DNA of 64,000 nucleotides from positions 2,182,301 to 2,246,300 of the forward strand of contig OY762443.1 of assembly GCA_963665745.1 (NCBI GenBank). Reading direction: 5' to 3'. The notes beneath the pieces are model-generated. The model was given only the letters and a program-made list of their open reading frames with translations. It ran no database searches and was not told where the DNA came from. A program made the translations under genes and the position numbers. Within the stretch, counting starts at the first letter, position 1; each line of letters starts with the position of its first letter. Shown piece by piece: positions 20,053-29,665 of this stretch. Source of the DNA: Dehalococcoidia bacterium (GTDB taxonomy: Bacteria; Chloroflexota; Dehalococcoidia; Lucifugimonadales; VXLM01).

Positions 20053-20322
20053 GTGGATATCAGTGACGCAGCGGCTCTGCTGAAGGACATGTATAAGGAA
20101 GGCGGCCGCCGGCGAGAACGGGCGGTCTTCGTCCCTCTGTTCGGGATCAAGTATGCAAAGGAGCTCCGCTCGTTGGCGGACGAACGCTCATCGTCGATTA
20201 CACAGCTGCTCCGAGAACTGGTTGATCATGCGTCCCTGCCCCGTTCCTATGTCATAGAAATCATGCAGGGAATCAACTTGTCGAGATATGTAGCAGTGAA
20301 TGATTCGGCGGAACTTTCCTAA
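20053..20322 (+). CDS. Small hypothetical protein, 'LFGIKY' family (paralog of 57863..58090)
   Basis: GTG start behind GGAGGA. It shares an N-terminal helix plus the LFGIKY motif with the ORF at 57863. Confidence 0.45.
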   Translation: MDISDAAALLKDMYKEGGRRRERAVFVPLFGIKYAKELRSLADERSSSITQLLRELVDHASLPRSYVIEIMQGINLSRYVAVNDSAELS

Positions 20323-20326
20323 CAGC

Positions 20327-21274
20327 ATGTCCGTACTCGTCGTAGGGTCCGTGGCGTACGACTCCGTAGAGACTCCCGCGGGCCGACGGGATGAGGCACT
20401 CGGCGGCTCCGCCACCTACTTCTCCGTTTCGTGCAGCAACTTCGCCCCGGTGAGCCTCGTCGGCGTGGTCGGCGATGATTTCCGAGACGGCGACGTGGAA
20501 CTGCTCCGCTCGCATGGGGTCGATCTCTCCGGTCTCGAACGAGTCGAGGGGCAGACGTTTCGCTGGTCGGGGGTCTACGGCCCGGAGGACGTGAATACCC
20601 GGATGACGCTGGACACGCAGTTGAACGTCTTCGCCGATTTCGTGCCGAATCTGAGTGAAGCTCAACGTGACGCCCCATACTTGTTCCTGGCGAATATCGC
20701 GCCGTCTCTGCAACTCGATGTCCTGCGACAGATGCGGAAACGTCCAAAGCTCGTCGCCCTCGACACGATGAACTTCTGGATAGAGGGAAGCGGCCAAGAG
20801 TTAAGGGAGGTCGTGCGGCAGGTCGACGTAGTGTTCATGGACGAGAACGAGGCGAGGAGCTTTACGGACTCCATGAACCTCACGCAGGCCGCCGGAGCCA
20901 TTCATGCCATGGGCCCAAGCACCGTTGTCGTCAAGCGAGGAGAACACGGCGCGATCTTGTTCCACGAAGGGCAGCCGTTCTTGACGCCAGCGGTGCCGCT
21001 GGAGCGCGTTATCGATCCCACGGGGGCAGGTGATACCTTCGCAGGCGGATTCTTGGGCTACCTCGCCGCGTCCGAGGACTTGACTGAGCGGGGATTCCGC
21101 CGCGCCGCTGTCACGGGGTCGGTGATGGGGTCGTTCGTCGTCGAGGGATTCAGCCTAGAACGCCTTGCGAAAGCCACTGGCGAAGAAATAGAGGCGCGAT
21201 TCCGTCAACTCTCGACATTGACACGGTTCGAGCCGTTAGCGGATGATGAATTACTACCCACGCGCAGGGGATAG
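20327..21274 (+). CDS. PfkB-family kinase (ribokinase/adenosine-kinase-like)
   Basis: MSVLVVGSVAYD..GGSATYFS at the N-terminus and the DPTGAGDTFAGGF anion-hole motif. Confidence 0.8.
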   Translation: MSVLVVGSVAYDSVETPAGRRDEALGGSATYFSVSCSNFAPVSLVGVVGDDFRDGDVELLRSHGVDLSGLERVEGQTFRWSGVYGPEDVNTRMTLDTQLNVFADFVPNLSEAQRDAPYLFLANIAPSLQLDVLRQMRKRPKLVALDTMNFWIEGSGQELREVVRQVDVVFMDENEARSFTDSMNLTQAAGAIHAMGPSTVVVKRGEHGAILFHEGQPFLTPAVPLERVIDPTGAGDTFAGGFLGYLAASEDLTERGFRRAAVTGSVMGSFVVEGFSLERLAKATGEEIEARFRQLSTLTRFEPLADDELLPTRRG

Positions 21275-21355
21275 CCGTCTATGAAGCAGTGAGGGCAATC
21301 GAATATGGGCAGGACGATGGCGAGATACGGGAAAACACACGATTAGGAGCGCACA

Positions 21356-21757
21356 ATGGGAGTTACACGAGTGACCGCCACTATACGGAACCTTGCTGAA
21401 CCCGACAGGGTCTGGGAAGGGCTTTTCTTAGTGGACACCGGCGCGACCGACTGCCTGGTGCCCAGACAGCACTTGGAGTCCATTGGCCTCGTTCCTGGAG
21501 GGAAAAGAGTATACAGTCTGGCCGACGGCAGAGAAATCAGAATGGACATCGTCGCTGCACAAATAGAATTCATGGGGGAATTCGTCGGGGGAACCATCGT
21601 GTTCGGCGAAGAAGACGCTGAACCCCTGCTGGGAGTAACCGCCCTGGAGTCGGTGGGCATCGAAGTCGACCCGCACAATCAGACCTTGCATAGACTTCCC
21701 TCCACTCGGCTCCGCGGTTTTCGGACAAGGCCTCGAACATCAAGCGCCGGGACCTGA
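21356..21757 (+). CDS. Retropepsin-like (clan AA) aspartic protease
   Basis: FLVDTGATDCLVP active-site motif in a protein of about 130 aa. Confidence 0.6.
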   Translation: MGVTRVTATIRNLAEPDRVWEGLFLVDTGATDCLVPRQHLESIGLVPGGKRVYSLADGREIRMDIVAAQIEFMGEFVGGTIVFGEEDAEPLLGVTALESVGIEVDPHNQTLHRLPSTRLRGFRTRPRTSSAGT

Positions 21758-21764
21758 CGAGTAG

Positions 21765-23096
<1,332 letters not shown>

Positions 23097-23123
23097 AGCA
23101 ACAACAAGGAACTGGCAACCCCA

Positions 23124-24341
23124 ATGACATCCAGCTTCGCTAACTCACCTTCCTACCTATTCACCTCCGAGTCTGTGACCGAAGGTCACCCGGACAAGCT
23201 TTGCGACCAAGTTTCGGACGCCGTCCTCGACGCATTCCTCGCCGGTGATCCCAGGGCGCGAGTCGCGTGTGAGACCGCTACGTCCACCGGCCTCGTCGTC
23301 GTCATGGGCGAGATTTCGTCGTCCAACGACAGAGTGGACGTTCGAGGAGCCGTGCGAAATGCCATCCGCGACGCGGGCTATACGAAGCCCGAGTACGGGT
23401 TCGACTACCGATCGTGCGCCGTCATGGTCTCGCTCGACGAGCAGTCGCCCGACATCGCATCGGGTGTCAGCAAATCGCTCGAGGTGCGTGACCAGGAACA
23501 AATAGACGAAGAAGAGGTCGAGAGTCTCGGTGCGGGCGATCAGGGAATGATGATCGGCTACGCGACCAACGAGACACAGGAGCTGATGCCGCTGCCCATC
23601 ATGCTGGCCCACAAGCTGACGCGCCGCATGTCGGAAGTCCGGCGGGAAGGCTTGATGCCATACCTGAGGCCGGACGGGAAGTCGCAGGTTACGGTCGAGT
23701 ACGAGATGGGCAGGCCCAAGCGTGTGGCAACCGTCGTCATGAGCAGCCAGCACGATGCCGAGACCCCACAGTCGGTAATCCAGAATGACCTCGTCGAGCA
23801 CGTCGCTCACGAGGTCATTTCTTCGTCCTTGAGAGACGGAGATACGCAGTACCACGTCAACCCCTCAGGGCGCTTCGTCACGGGAGGCCCCGTCGGTGAC
23901 GCGGGCCTGACCGGACGCAAGATCATCGTCGACACTTACGGCGGGTTCGCGCGACATGGCGGCGGCGCGTTCTCCGGGAAGGACCCTACGAAGGTTGACC
24001 GTTCTGCGGCGTACGCCGCGCGGTGGGTCGCCAAGAACCTCGTTGCCGCCGGGCTGGCCGACCGCCTGGAGATCCAGCTTGCCTACGCGATAGGTGTCGC
24101 GCATCCAATGTCCATTTCCGTGGAGACCTTCGGTTCAGGCCACGCCGGCGATGCCGAGATCGTAGGGCTGGTGGAGCGCCACTTCGACCTGCGCCCGGGC
24201 GCGATCATCCGCGACCTCGGCTTGCGCCGCCCAATCTACAAGCAGACCGCCACCTACGGCCACTTCGGTCGTGACGACCTCGACCTGCCCTGGGAGCGGA
24301 CCGACAAAGCAGAGGCGATCAGGGCAGAGGCTTTCGGCTAG
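23124..24341 (+). CDS. metK: S-adenosylmethionine synthase
   Basis: [52 protein letters not shown]. Confidence 0.95.
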   Translation: MTSSFANSPSYLFTSESVTEGHPDKLCDQVSDAVLDAFLAGDPRARVACETATSTGLVVVMGEISSSNDRVDVRGAVRNAIRDAGYTKPEYGFDYRSCAVMVSLDEQSPDIASGVSKSLEVRDQEQIDEEEVESLGAGDQGMMIGYATNETQELMPLPIMLAHKLTRRMSEVRREGLMPYLRPDGKSQVTVEYEMGRPKRVATVVMSSQHDAETPQSVIQNDLVEHVAHEVISSSLRDGDTQYHVNPSGRFVTGGPVGDAGLTGRKIIVDTYGGFARHGGGAFSGKDPTKVDRSAAYAARWVAKNLVAAGLADRLEIQLAYAIGVAHPMSISVETFGSGHAGDAEIVGLVERHFDLRPGAIIRDLGLRRPIYKQTATYGHFGRDDLDLPWERTDKAEAIRAEAFG

Positions 24342-24413
24342 AGCGCCCGGACGCCAACGTCTCCCCGGCGAGAGATACAGGGAGGTTCGCAGAGTGAGGA
24401 AAAGGGCATCGTT

Positions 24414-25571
24414 GTGAAGTCATCCGACGCAGTAGAGTCCCTGAGGCGCAGAGGCAGCGTCTACGAGCGGTACGGCGTTCGCCCGATCATCAACGGCAAC
24501 GGTACTCAGACCATCCTCGGCGGTTCCATCATGGAGCCCGAAGTCGCGGAGGCGATGGCCGAGGCCAGCCGTACGATGGTCGTGCTCGAAGAGTTGAATG
24601 AGGCGGCCGGGCAGCTCATCGCCCAGCACACCGGGGCCGAAGCGGGACTCGTCACGAGCGGGGCGGCGGCCGGGCTAACCCTCCAGGCCGCATCCGTGAT
24701 TGCCGGGGACGACCCCGACAGGGTCGCTCTGCTTCCCGAAGCGGCCCATGATCGGAACCGTATCGTCATCAAGAAGTCGCACGACAGCGAGTTCACGCAG
24801 GCGTGGCGACAGGGCGGCGCGCGACTGGTCTGGGTCGGCAACAATGACACGTGTCACGACTGGGAGATCGAGTCGGCCATCAGCGGCGAGACGGTGGCTT
24901 TGGGGTTCATAGCCTCGCGGTGGCATCCCGACTCATTTGAAGGTCTATCGAAGTTTGCCGAAATCGCGCACGGTCACGGACTCCCCCTCCTCGTCGATGC
25001 CGCCGCTATGCTCCCGCCTGCGGAAAACCTTCGCCGGTTCATCGAACACGGCGCGGACCTGGTCTCCTACAGCGGCGGCAAGGCGATCAAGGCTCCGCAG
25101 TCAACGGGCATACTCTGCGGACGCGCCGACCTGATCGCTGCCGCCAAGCTGAACGCCAGCCCGCACTACTCCATCGGTCGCCCCATGAAGGTTGCCCGCG
25201 AGGAGATCGTCGGCCTGATGGCCGCCCTCGACCTGTACGTCCGGCGAGACCACGACGCCGACATGCAGCGCTGGTTCAGCGAGTGCAGGACCATCATCGA
25301 CGCGGTAATCGAGATACCCGGCGTCACGGCCACAGTCGAGCAAGACGACTGGCTCAGACCGGTCCCGGAAGTCTCGATCGCATTCACATCCGAATGGCGC
25401 GGCAGGTCGGCTGAAGAGATAGTCAATGCACTCGCCGATGGCGATCCGCCCATCATCATAGAGGCCAGCCGACGCGACGACGAGGACATCTTCATCAACC
25501 CGCACGGCCTCATGCCTGGCGAGGCGGAGCTGATCGCCGAGCGACTGCGGACGGAGTTGGAGGCCGGGTAG
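24414..25571 (+). CDS. SelA-like / DgaE-like PLP-dependent enzyme
   Basis: SGGKAIKAPQSTGIL (PLP lysine region) and overall SelA-related-protein length and pattern. Confidence 0.65.
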   Translation: MKSSDAVESLRRRGSVYERYGVRPIINGNGTQTILGGSIMEPEVAEAMAEASRTMVVLEELNEAAGQLIAQHTGAEAGLVTSGAAAGLTLQAASVIAGDDPDRVALLPEAAHDRNRIVIKKSHDSEFTQAWRQGGARLVWVGNNDTCHDWEIESAISGETVALGFIASRWHPDSFEGLSKFAEIAHGHGLPLLVDAAAMLPPAENLRRFIEHGADLVSYSGGKAIKAPQSTGILCGRADLIAAAKLNASPHYSIGRPMKVAREEIVGLMAALDLYVRRDHDADMQRWFSECRTIIDAVIEIPGVTATVEQDDWLRPVPEVSIAFTSEWRGRSAEEIVNALADGDPPIIIEASRRDDEDIFINPHGLMPGEAELIAERLRTELEAG

Positions 25572-25599
25572 CGCGGTGAGTTCGATTGTTACCTGACCC

Positions 25600-26109
25600 T
25601 TACCGTCTTTGAGACATAAGCTCCGGGCACAAGAACATGACTTCCACGCCGTGGTTGCCTAACGGTTCGTGGTGATGCCACCAATCCGTGTCCGACGCAT
25701 TGAGTACCACGGGATTACTGCCGCTAGCCAGTGCTACGGCAACGAACTTGCGGTCATCTCGGTCGAACGACGCGAGGCGCGGATCGTCGGGGAACTCCTC
25801 GAATCCACGATCTTCGTGAGGAGTCACGGGAACCATTCGGCAGTATCGCTCGTTTGTCTGGCTTTCCCAAAGCCATTGAATGAAGAAATCACCGTATCCA
25901 GGTTGGCCTGAGAGACTGAGATTGTTCCGATACTCTTCAAGGATGAGGTACTTGTCATCCAGCAGGAGAAGGTATTTCTCACCCTCTATTATCTTACGTA
26001 GCGTGTCAGTGCATGTGGACACGCACGATTGCCCCGCTTGCTCGGTCATACCATTGGCTACGACGGCGACGTTGGTGTCCACTACGACACCCGCCTTCTC
26101 CACGTTCAC
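25600..26109 (-). CDS. PIN-like nuclease domain protein (third gene of the candidate defence cassette)
   Basis: The acidic residues are placed as in PIN domains: VVVDTNV, ILEEY, FDRDDRKFVAVA, NASDTDWW. The GTG at 26109 overlaps the ATPase stop as GTGA. Confidence 0.55.
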   Translation of the reverse strand: MNVEKAGVVVDTNVAVVANGMTEQAGQSCVSTCTDTLRKIIEGEKYLLLLDDKYLILEEYRNNLSLSGQPGYGDFFIQWLWESQTNERYCRMVPVTPHEDRGFEEFPDDPRLASFDRDDRKFVAVALASGSNPVVLNASDTDWWHHHEPLGNHGVEVMFLCPELMSQRR

Positions 26110-27470
26110 TCGGCGTTCCTCCGCCTTCTCAGCGTGGCATCGCTCATGGCGGCGATCTCGCCAAGTTGGTCCCGGAAGAAATCCGTCGGCCAATTCGCAA
26201 TGTTCCCGTAGGAATTAAGTTCAAGCGGCGTGAGACTGGAGCTGCGACCGCCCGCCGAGCAGAAGAACAGGCCGACATCCTCTGCTGAAATCGTCTCTTC
26301 GGCAACGCGGCGCTGAAGTCTGCGAAGAAGGTGCTCGCTATGACTTTCCAGCAAAATTTGCACCTTCCGCTTCTTCCATGCGTCGATGAGGACGTCCGCG
26401 AGGCCGGACTGAATGGCCGGGTGCAGGTGAATCTCGGGCTGCTCCAAGATCACTGTGGAACCCTCCGGAACGTAGAAGCACAGTACGAGCACAGGGAGAA
26501 TTTGCGAGACGCCGAAGCCCACATCAGTGATCAGCACCTCCGACGCTCTCACGGACTTTCTAACCCTAACCTCGAACACGGGACTGCCTTCGGCGAGCCG
26601 CTCGACCCGGAAGTCGTGGATCAGATCGAGTTCCTTAAGCCACTGAGCCACATACTCCTCAAGGGTGACGCGAGGTCTACCTCGACCCCGGCCAATCGTC
26701 TCTCCCCGTTCTCGGGACGCCAGTATAGCGTCCACCGCATATTCGCCTGCTTGCCCCACGTCGATCGGTTGAGCCCCTGTCCATGTGTATCTGCGTTCAG
26801 GGTGAGCGCGCAGCGGGCCGAGGTAATATAGGCCTCCTAGGCGTTCTTCCAGCGCGAATTCGAGATCCGAGAGGAACCCCGCGTTCGTGAAATTCGCGCG
26901 CACTTGGTCGGGAAACCCGTAGCACTTGACTGGAGGAAGTGTAGCCCAGGGCCGTCCTCTACTCCGCTCGAACTCGAACTTCGTCTCCTCTTGGAACAGG
27001 CCATGATTTCCTTTAGAGTTTCGGCCCAGGCCGAACACGGCATCACCTACGCGATACGACATCCGCTCCACGGTCAGCGACTTTCTCGATTTGCTCCCCA
27101 CCTCATGCGAGGCGACTTCGAATCCGATACGTGCGTCTTCAACCACTGTGCGTCCGTCCACATTGGGAACCTTAAAGGGCTTCTGTTCTTCCGTTTCCCA
27201 GTCAAGTGAAATCTTTAGAGTGTTGCCGGAGTCATGTCCGTATACGACACTCTTGAAGTCACCCAAATCCACGGGCGTCGTTCTGTCACCGAAGTGGAAG
27301 ACGATTCCACGGTCGGACGACTCGGCCGTCTGCTTCAGGAGGAGCAGCGCTTGAATCAGGCTGGTCTTCCCAGAACTGTTCGCGCCGAAGATGCCGGTGA
27401 TAGGCTTGAGTGCGATGTCCCCGGTGTTCTTCCATGACTTGAAGTTTTCCAATCGCAGTCGTGTCAACAT
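26106..27470 (-). CDS. ABC/OLD-type ATPase (AAA_15/AAA_21-like with a DUF3696-like C-terminus)
   Basis: LENFKSW..., Walker A GANSSGKTS, Walker B-like VILEQPEIHLHP and H-loop LESHSEHLL. Confidence 0.8.
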   Translation of the reverse strand: MLTRLRLENFKSWKNTGDIALKPITGIFGANSSGKTSLIQALLLLKQTAESSDRGIVFHFGDRTTPVDLGDFKSVVYGHDSGNTLKISLDWETEEQKPFKVPNVDGRTVVEDARIGFEVASHEVGSKSRKSLTVERMSYRVGDAVFGLGRNSKGNHGLFQEETKFEFERSRGRPWATLPPVKCYGFPDQVRANFTNAGFLSDLEFALEERLGGLYYLGPLRAHPERRYTWTGAQPIDVGQAGEYAVDAILASRERGETIGRGRGRPRVTLEEYVAQWLKELDLIHDFRVERLAEGSPVFEVRVRKSVRASEVLITDVGFGVSQILPVLVLCFYVPEGSTVILEQPEIHLHPAIQSGLADVLIDAWKKRKVQILLESHSEHLLRRLQRRVAEETISAEDVGLFFCSAGGRSSSLTPLELNSYGNIANWPTDFFRDQLGEIAAMSDATLRRRRNAE

Positions 27471-27490
27471 GAGAATTTACCTGTGTTAGA

Positions 27491-28042
27491 TCATTTACGC
27501 CGCATATGATTCAGGAGGTGTGAAGACGCATCGCTCTTAAAGACCATTTTCCCACATTCATCACATTGTACTCTCATGCGCCGTCCCCTATCTCCCATAG
27601 GCCGTCTCCTATGCAGATCGTTGCAGTATGGGTTCCCCTCGTCGTCCTCACAGCGGTCATCCGTAGGATTGATGATCTTGCGGCAATCCCCATAAGAACA
27701 GCGCTCAACTTCTGGTAGGTCGCTCTGGCAATGAGGACATGCCGTTGCTAGTTCATGAACTTCTTGGATGCAGTGAGGACATTGCCGAACATCAATCTCT
27801 TCCCTACGGCGTCCACTACCTGCACTCGGAGTGATCGTTGTACTGGTTGAAGATCGACGGGGTTTGTTGGAAGAGCGATCTTCACTCGGCAACCCGATAA
27901 GCACCAGTAGGGCGAGGATACCGAAGATGAGTCCCAGAAAGAACCATGAGCCTCCACTGCGACCCTTCTCCCCGGCCAGGTATGCGCAAAAGGCTCCGAA
28001 GATCAAGGCGTAGGCCAGAAACAGTACTATCAAGAATTCCAT
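27491..28042 (-). CDS. Membrane-anchored protein with multiple zinc-ribbon (CxxC) motifs
   Basis: Two N-terminal TM helices, then CPHC..CPHC, CSYGDC and CDEC cysteine pairs. Its stop lies 20 nt upstream of the ATPase gene. Confidence 0.6.
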   Translation of the reverse strand: MEFLIVLFLAYALIFGAFCAYLAGEKGRSGGSWFFLGLIFGILALLVLIGLPSEDRSSNKPRRSSTSTTITPSAGSGRRREEIDVRQCPHCIQEVHELATACPHCQSDLPEVERCSYGDCRKIINPTDDRCEDDEGNPYCNDLHRRRPMGDRGRRMRVQCDECGKMVFKSDASSHLLNHMRRK

Positions 28043-28178
28043 AGCTACTCTCTTGCCTGCGGCCTACTTGTGCGGGGTTGAAGTGTATCATAGCGGCGTA
28101 CCCGTTTCGTGGGTGGAGATGTATTATGTTGTGGTACCGGTCGTTATTTCGTGACCGCAAAATGGTGATATTGCCAAT

Positions 28179-29597
28179 ATGCCCATAAAGTTCGGAACCG
28201 ACGGTTGGCGGGGTGTCATCGCCGAGGACTTCACCTTCGACAACGTTCGCGTGTGCGCCCAGGGGACGGCGGACATGCTGGCGGCGAACGGTGACGGCCG
28301 GGGGGTCGTCGTGGGCTATGACACCCGGTTCGCGTCGGAGCGGTTCGCGGCTGCTGTGGCCGAAGTGTTCGTGGGAAACGGTCTCCATGTCCTCCTCGCG
28401 GATCGGCCAGCGCCCACTCCCGCCGTTGGGTTCAACTTGGTCGCCCGGGACGCGGGCAGTGGGGTAGTTATAACGGCGAGTCACAATCCCCCTGAATGGA
28501 ACGGCTATAAGTTCAAGCCCGATTACGGCGGCAGCGCATCGCCTGAGATCGTAGCCGAACTCGAACGTCACGTTGCCAATGCCGAACGGCAGGGGCAGTT
28601 CAAAGCCACCTCGCTTGCTCAGGGCGTCAAGAGCGGGCTTGTGGAGTACTTCGATCCGGAGCCTCCGTATCTGGAGAATCTTGGGCGACTTGTCGATCTC
28701 GACGGGATCCGGCGGTCCGGTCTGCAGGTCGTGGTCGATTCGATGCACGGCTCCGGCGCCGGATACTTGGCGCGCCTCGTTTCCGGCGGGAGCACGTCAG
28801 CAGTAGAGCTTCGTGGTGAGAGGAACCCAAGTTTCCCGGGGATGACGCAGCCCGAACCGCTCCCCCACAACCTCGCAGGGCTTATTGAGGAAATGGAGGA
28901 GTCCGATGCCGACGTTGGCCTTGCAACGGACGGTGATGCCGACCGTCTCGGAGTCGTCGATGCCCGCGGTCGCTTCGTGACGACCCTCGAAGCGTTCGCC
29001 CTGCTGTGCTACTACCAACTGGAGGTTCTCGGCAATCGCGGGCCTCTGGTGCGGTCTATCACCATGACCAGCATGATCGACAAGCTGGGAAAGGCATACG
29101 GCGTCCCGGTGTTCGACACGCCCGTCGGGTTCAAGCACCTGGGGCCGGTGATGATGCGAGAGAACGCTCTCACGGCGGGCGAGGAGAGCGGCGGGTACGC
29201 CTTCCGGGGCAACATCCCGGAACGCGACGGCATCCTGAGCGGGCTGATGATACTCGACCTCATGGTCAGGACGGGCAAGACCGTGTCCGAACTGCTCGCC
29301 GTCCTGAAGGATACCGTCGGCCCTCACCACTATGACCGTCTCGACCTTCATTTCGACGCCGCGGAACGCGAGGCCATTGAGCGACGGGTCGGTTCCGCCC
29401 AGCCTCCAAAACTTGCAGGACGACCTGTTGAACAGATCGACACGAGGGACGGCTATCGGTTCGTACTGCCGGAAGGCTACTGGGCGCTGGTGCGCTTCTC
29501 GGGCACCGAACCGCTCCTTCGCATCTACGCCGAGGGTGACTCCCCCGAAATGGTACAGTCTCTTCTGACGGAAGTGCGTTCCTTGGCAGGCGTGTAG
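28179..29597 (+). CDS. Phosphoglucomutase/phosphomannomutase family protein
   Basis: FGTDGWRG, active-site TASHNPPEWNGYK and metal loop DGDADR. Confidence 0.85.
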   Translation: MPIKFGTDGWRGVIAEDFTFDNVRVCAQGTADMLAANGDGRGVVVGYDTRFASERFAAAVAEVFVGNGLHVLLADRPAPTPAVGFNLVARDAGSGVVITASHNPPEWNGYKFKPDYGGSASPEIVAELERHVANAERQGQFKATSLAQGVKSGLVEYFDPEPPYLENLGRLVDLDGIRRSGLQVVVDSMHGSGAGYLARLVSGGSTSAVELRGERNPSFPGMTQPEPLPHNLAGLIEEMEESDADVGLATDGDADRLGVVDARGRFVTTLEAFALLCYYQLEVLGNRGPLVRSITMTSMIDKLGKAYGVPVFDTPVGFKHLGPVMMRENALTAGEESGGYAFRGNIPERDGILSGLMILDLMVRTGKTVSELLAVLKDTVGPHHYDRLDLHFDAAEREAIERRVGSAQPPKLAGRPVEQIDTRDGYRFVLPEGYWALVRFSGTEPLLRIYAEGDSPEMVQSLLTEVRSLAGV

Positions 29598-29665
29598 TCG
29601 CTACTATGGAGTCCATTCGGCTGTTCTTGATTCACTCCCGATAGCCGTTTCGGTAGAATGTCCCC

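Noticed and set aside
23097-23123. A SAM riboswitch upstream of metK, or an SAH riboswitch upstream of ahcY (21700..21820)
   Set aside because: The metK leader is only 27 nt. The ahcY leader lacks the conserved SAH-element sequences when read on the plus strand.
27882-28748. 288-aa minus-strand ORF running from the phosphoglucomutase gene into the zinc-ribbon gene
   Set aside because: It is mostly antisense to the strongly supported pgm CDS and out of frame with the zinc-ribbon gene. No motifs.
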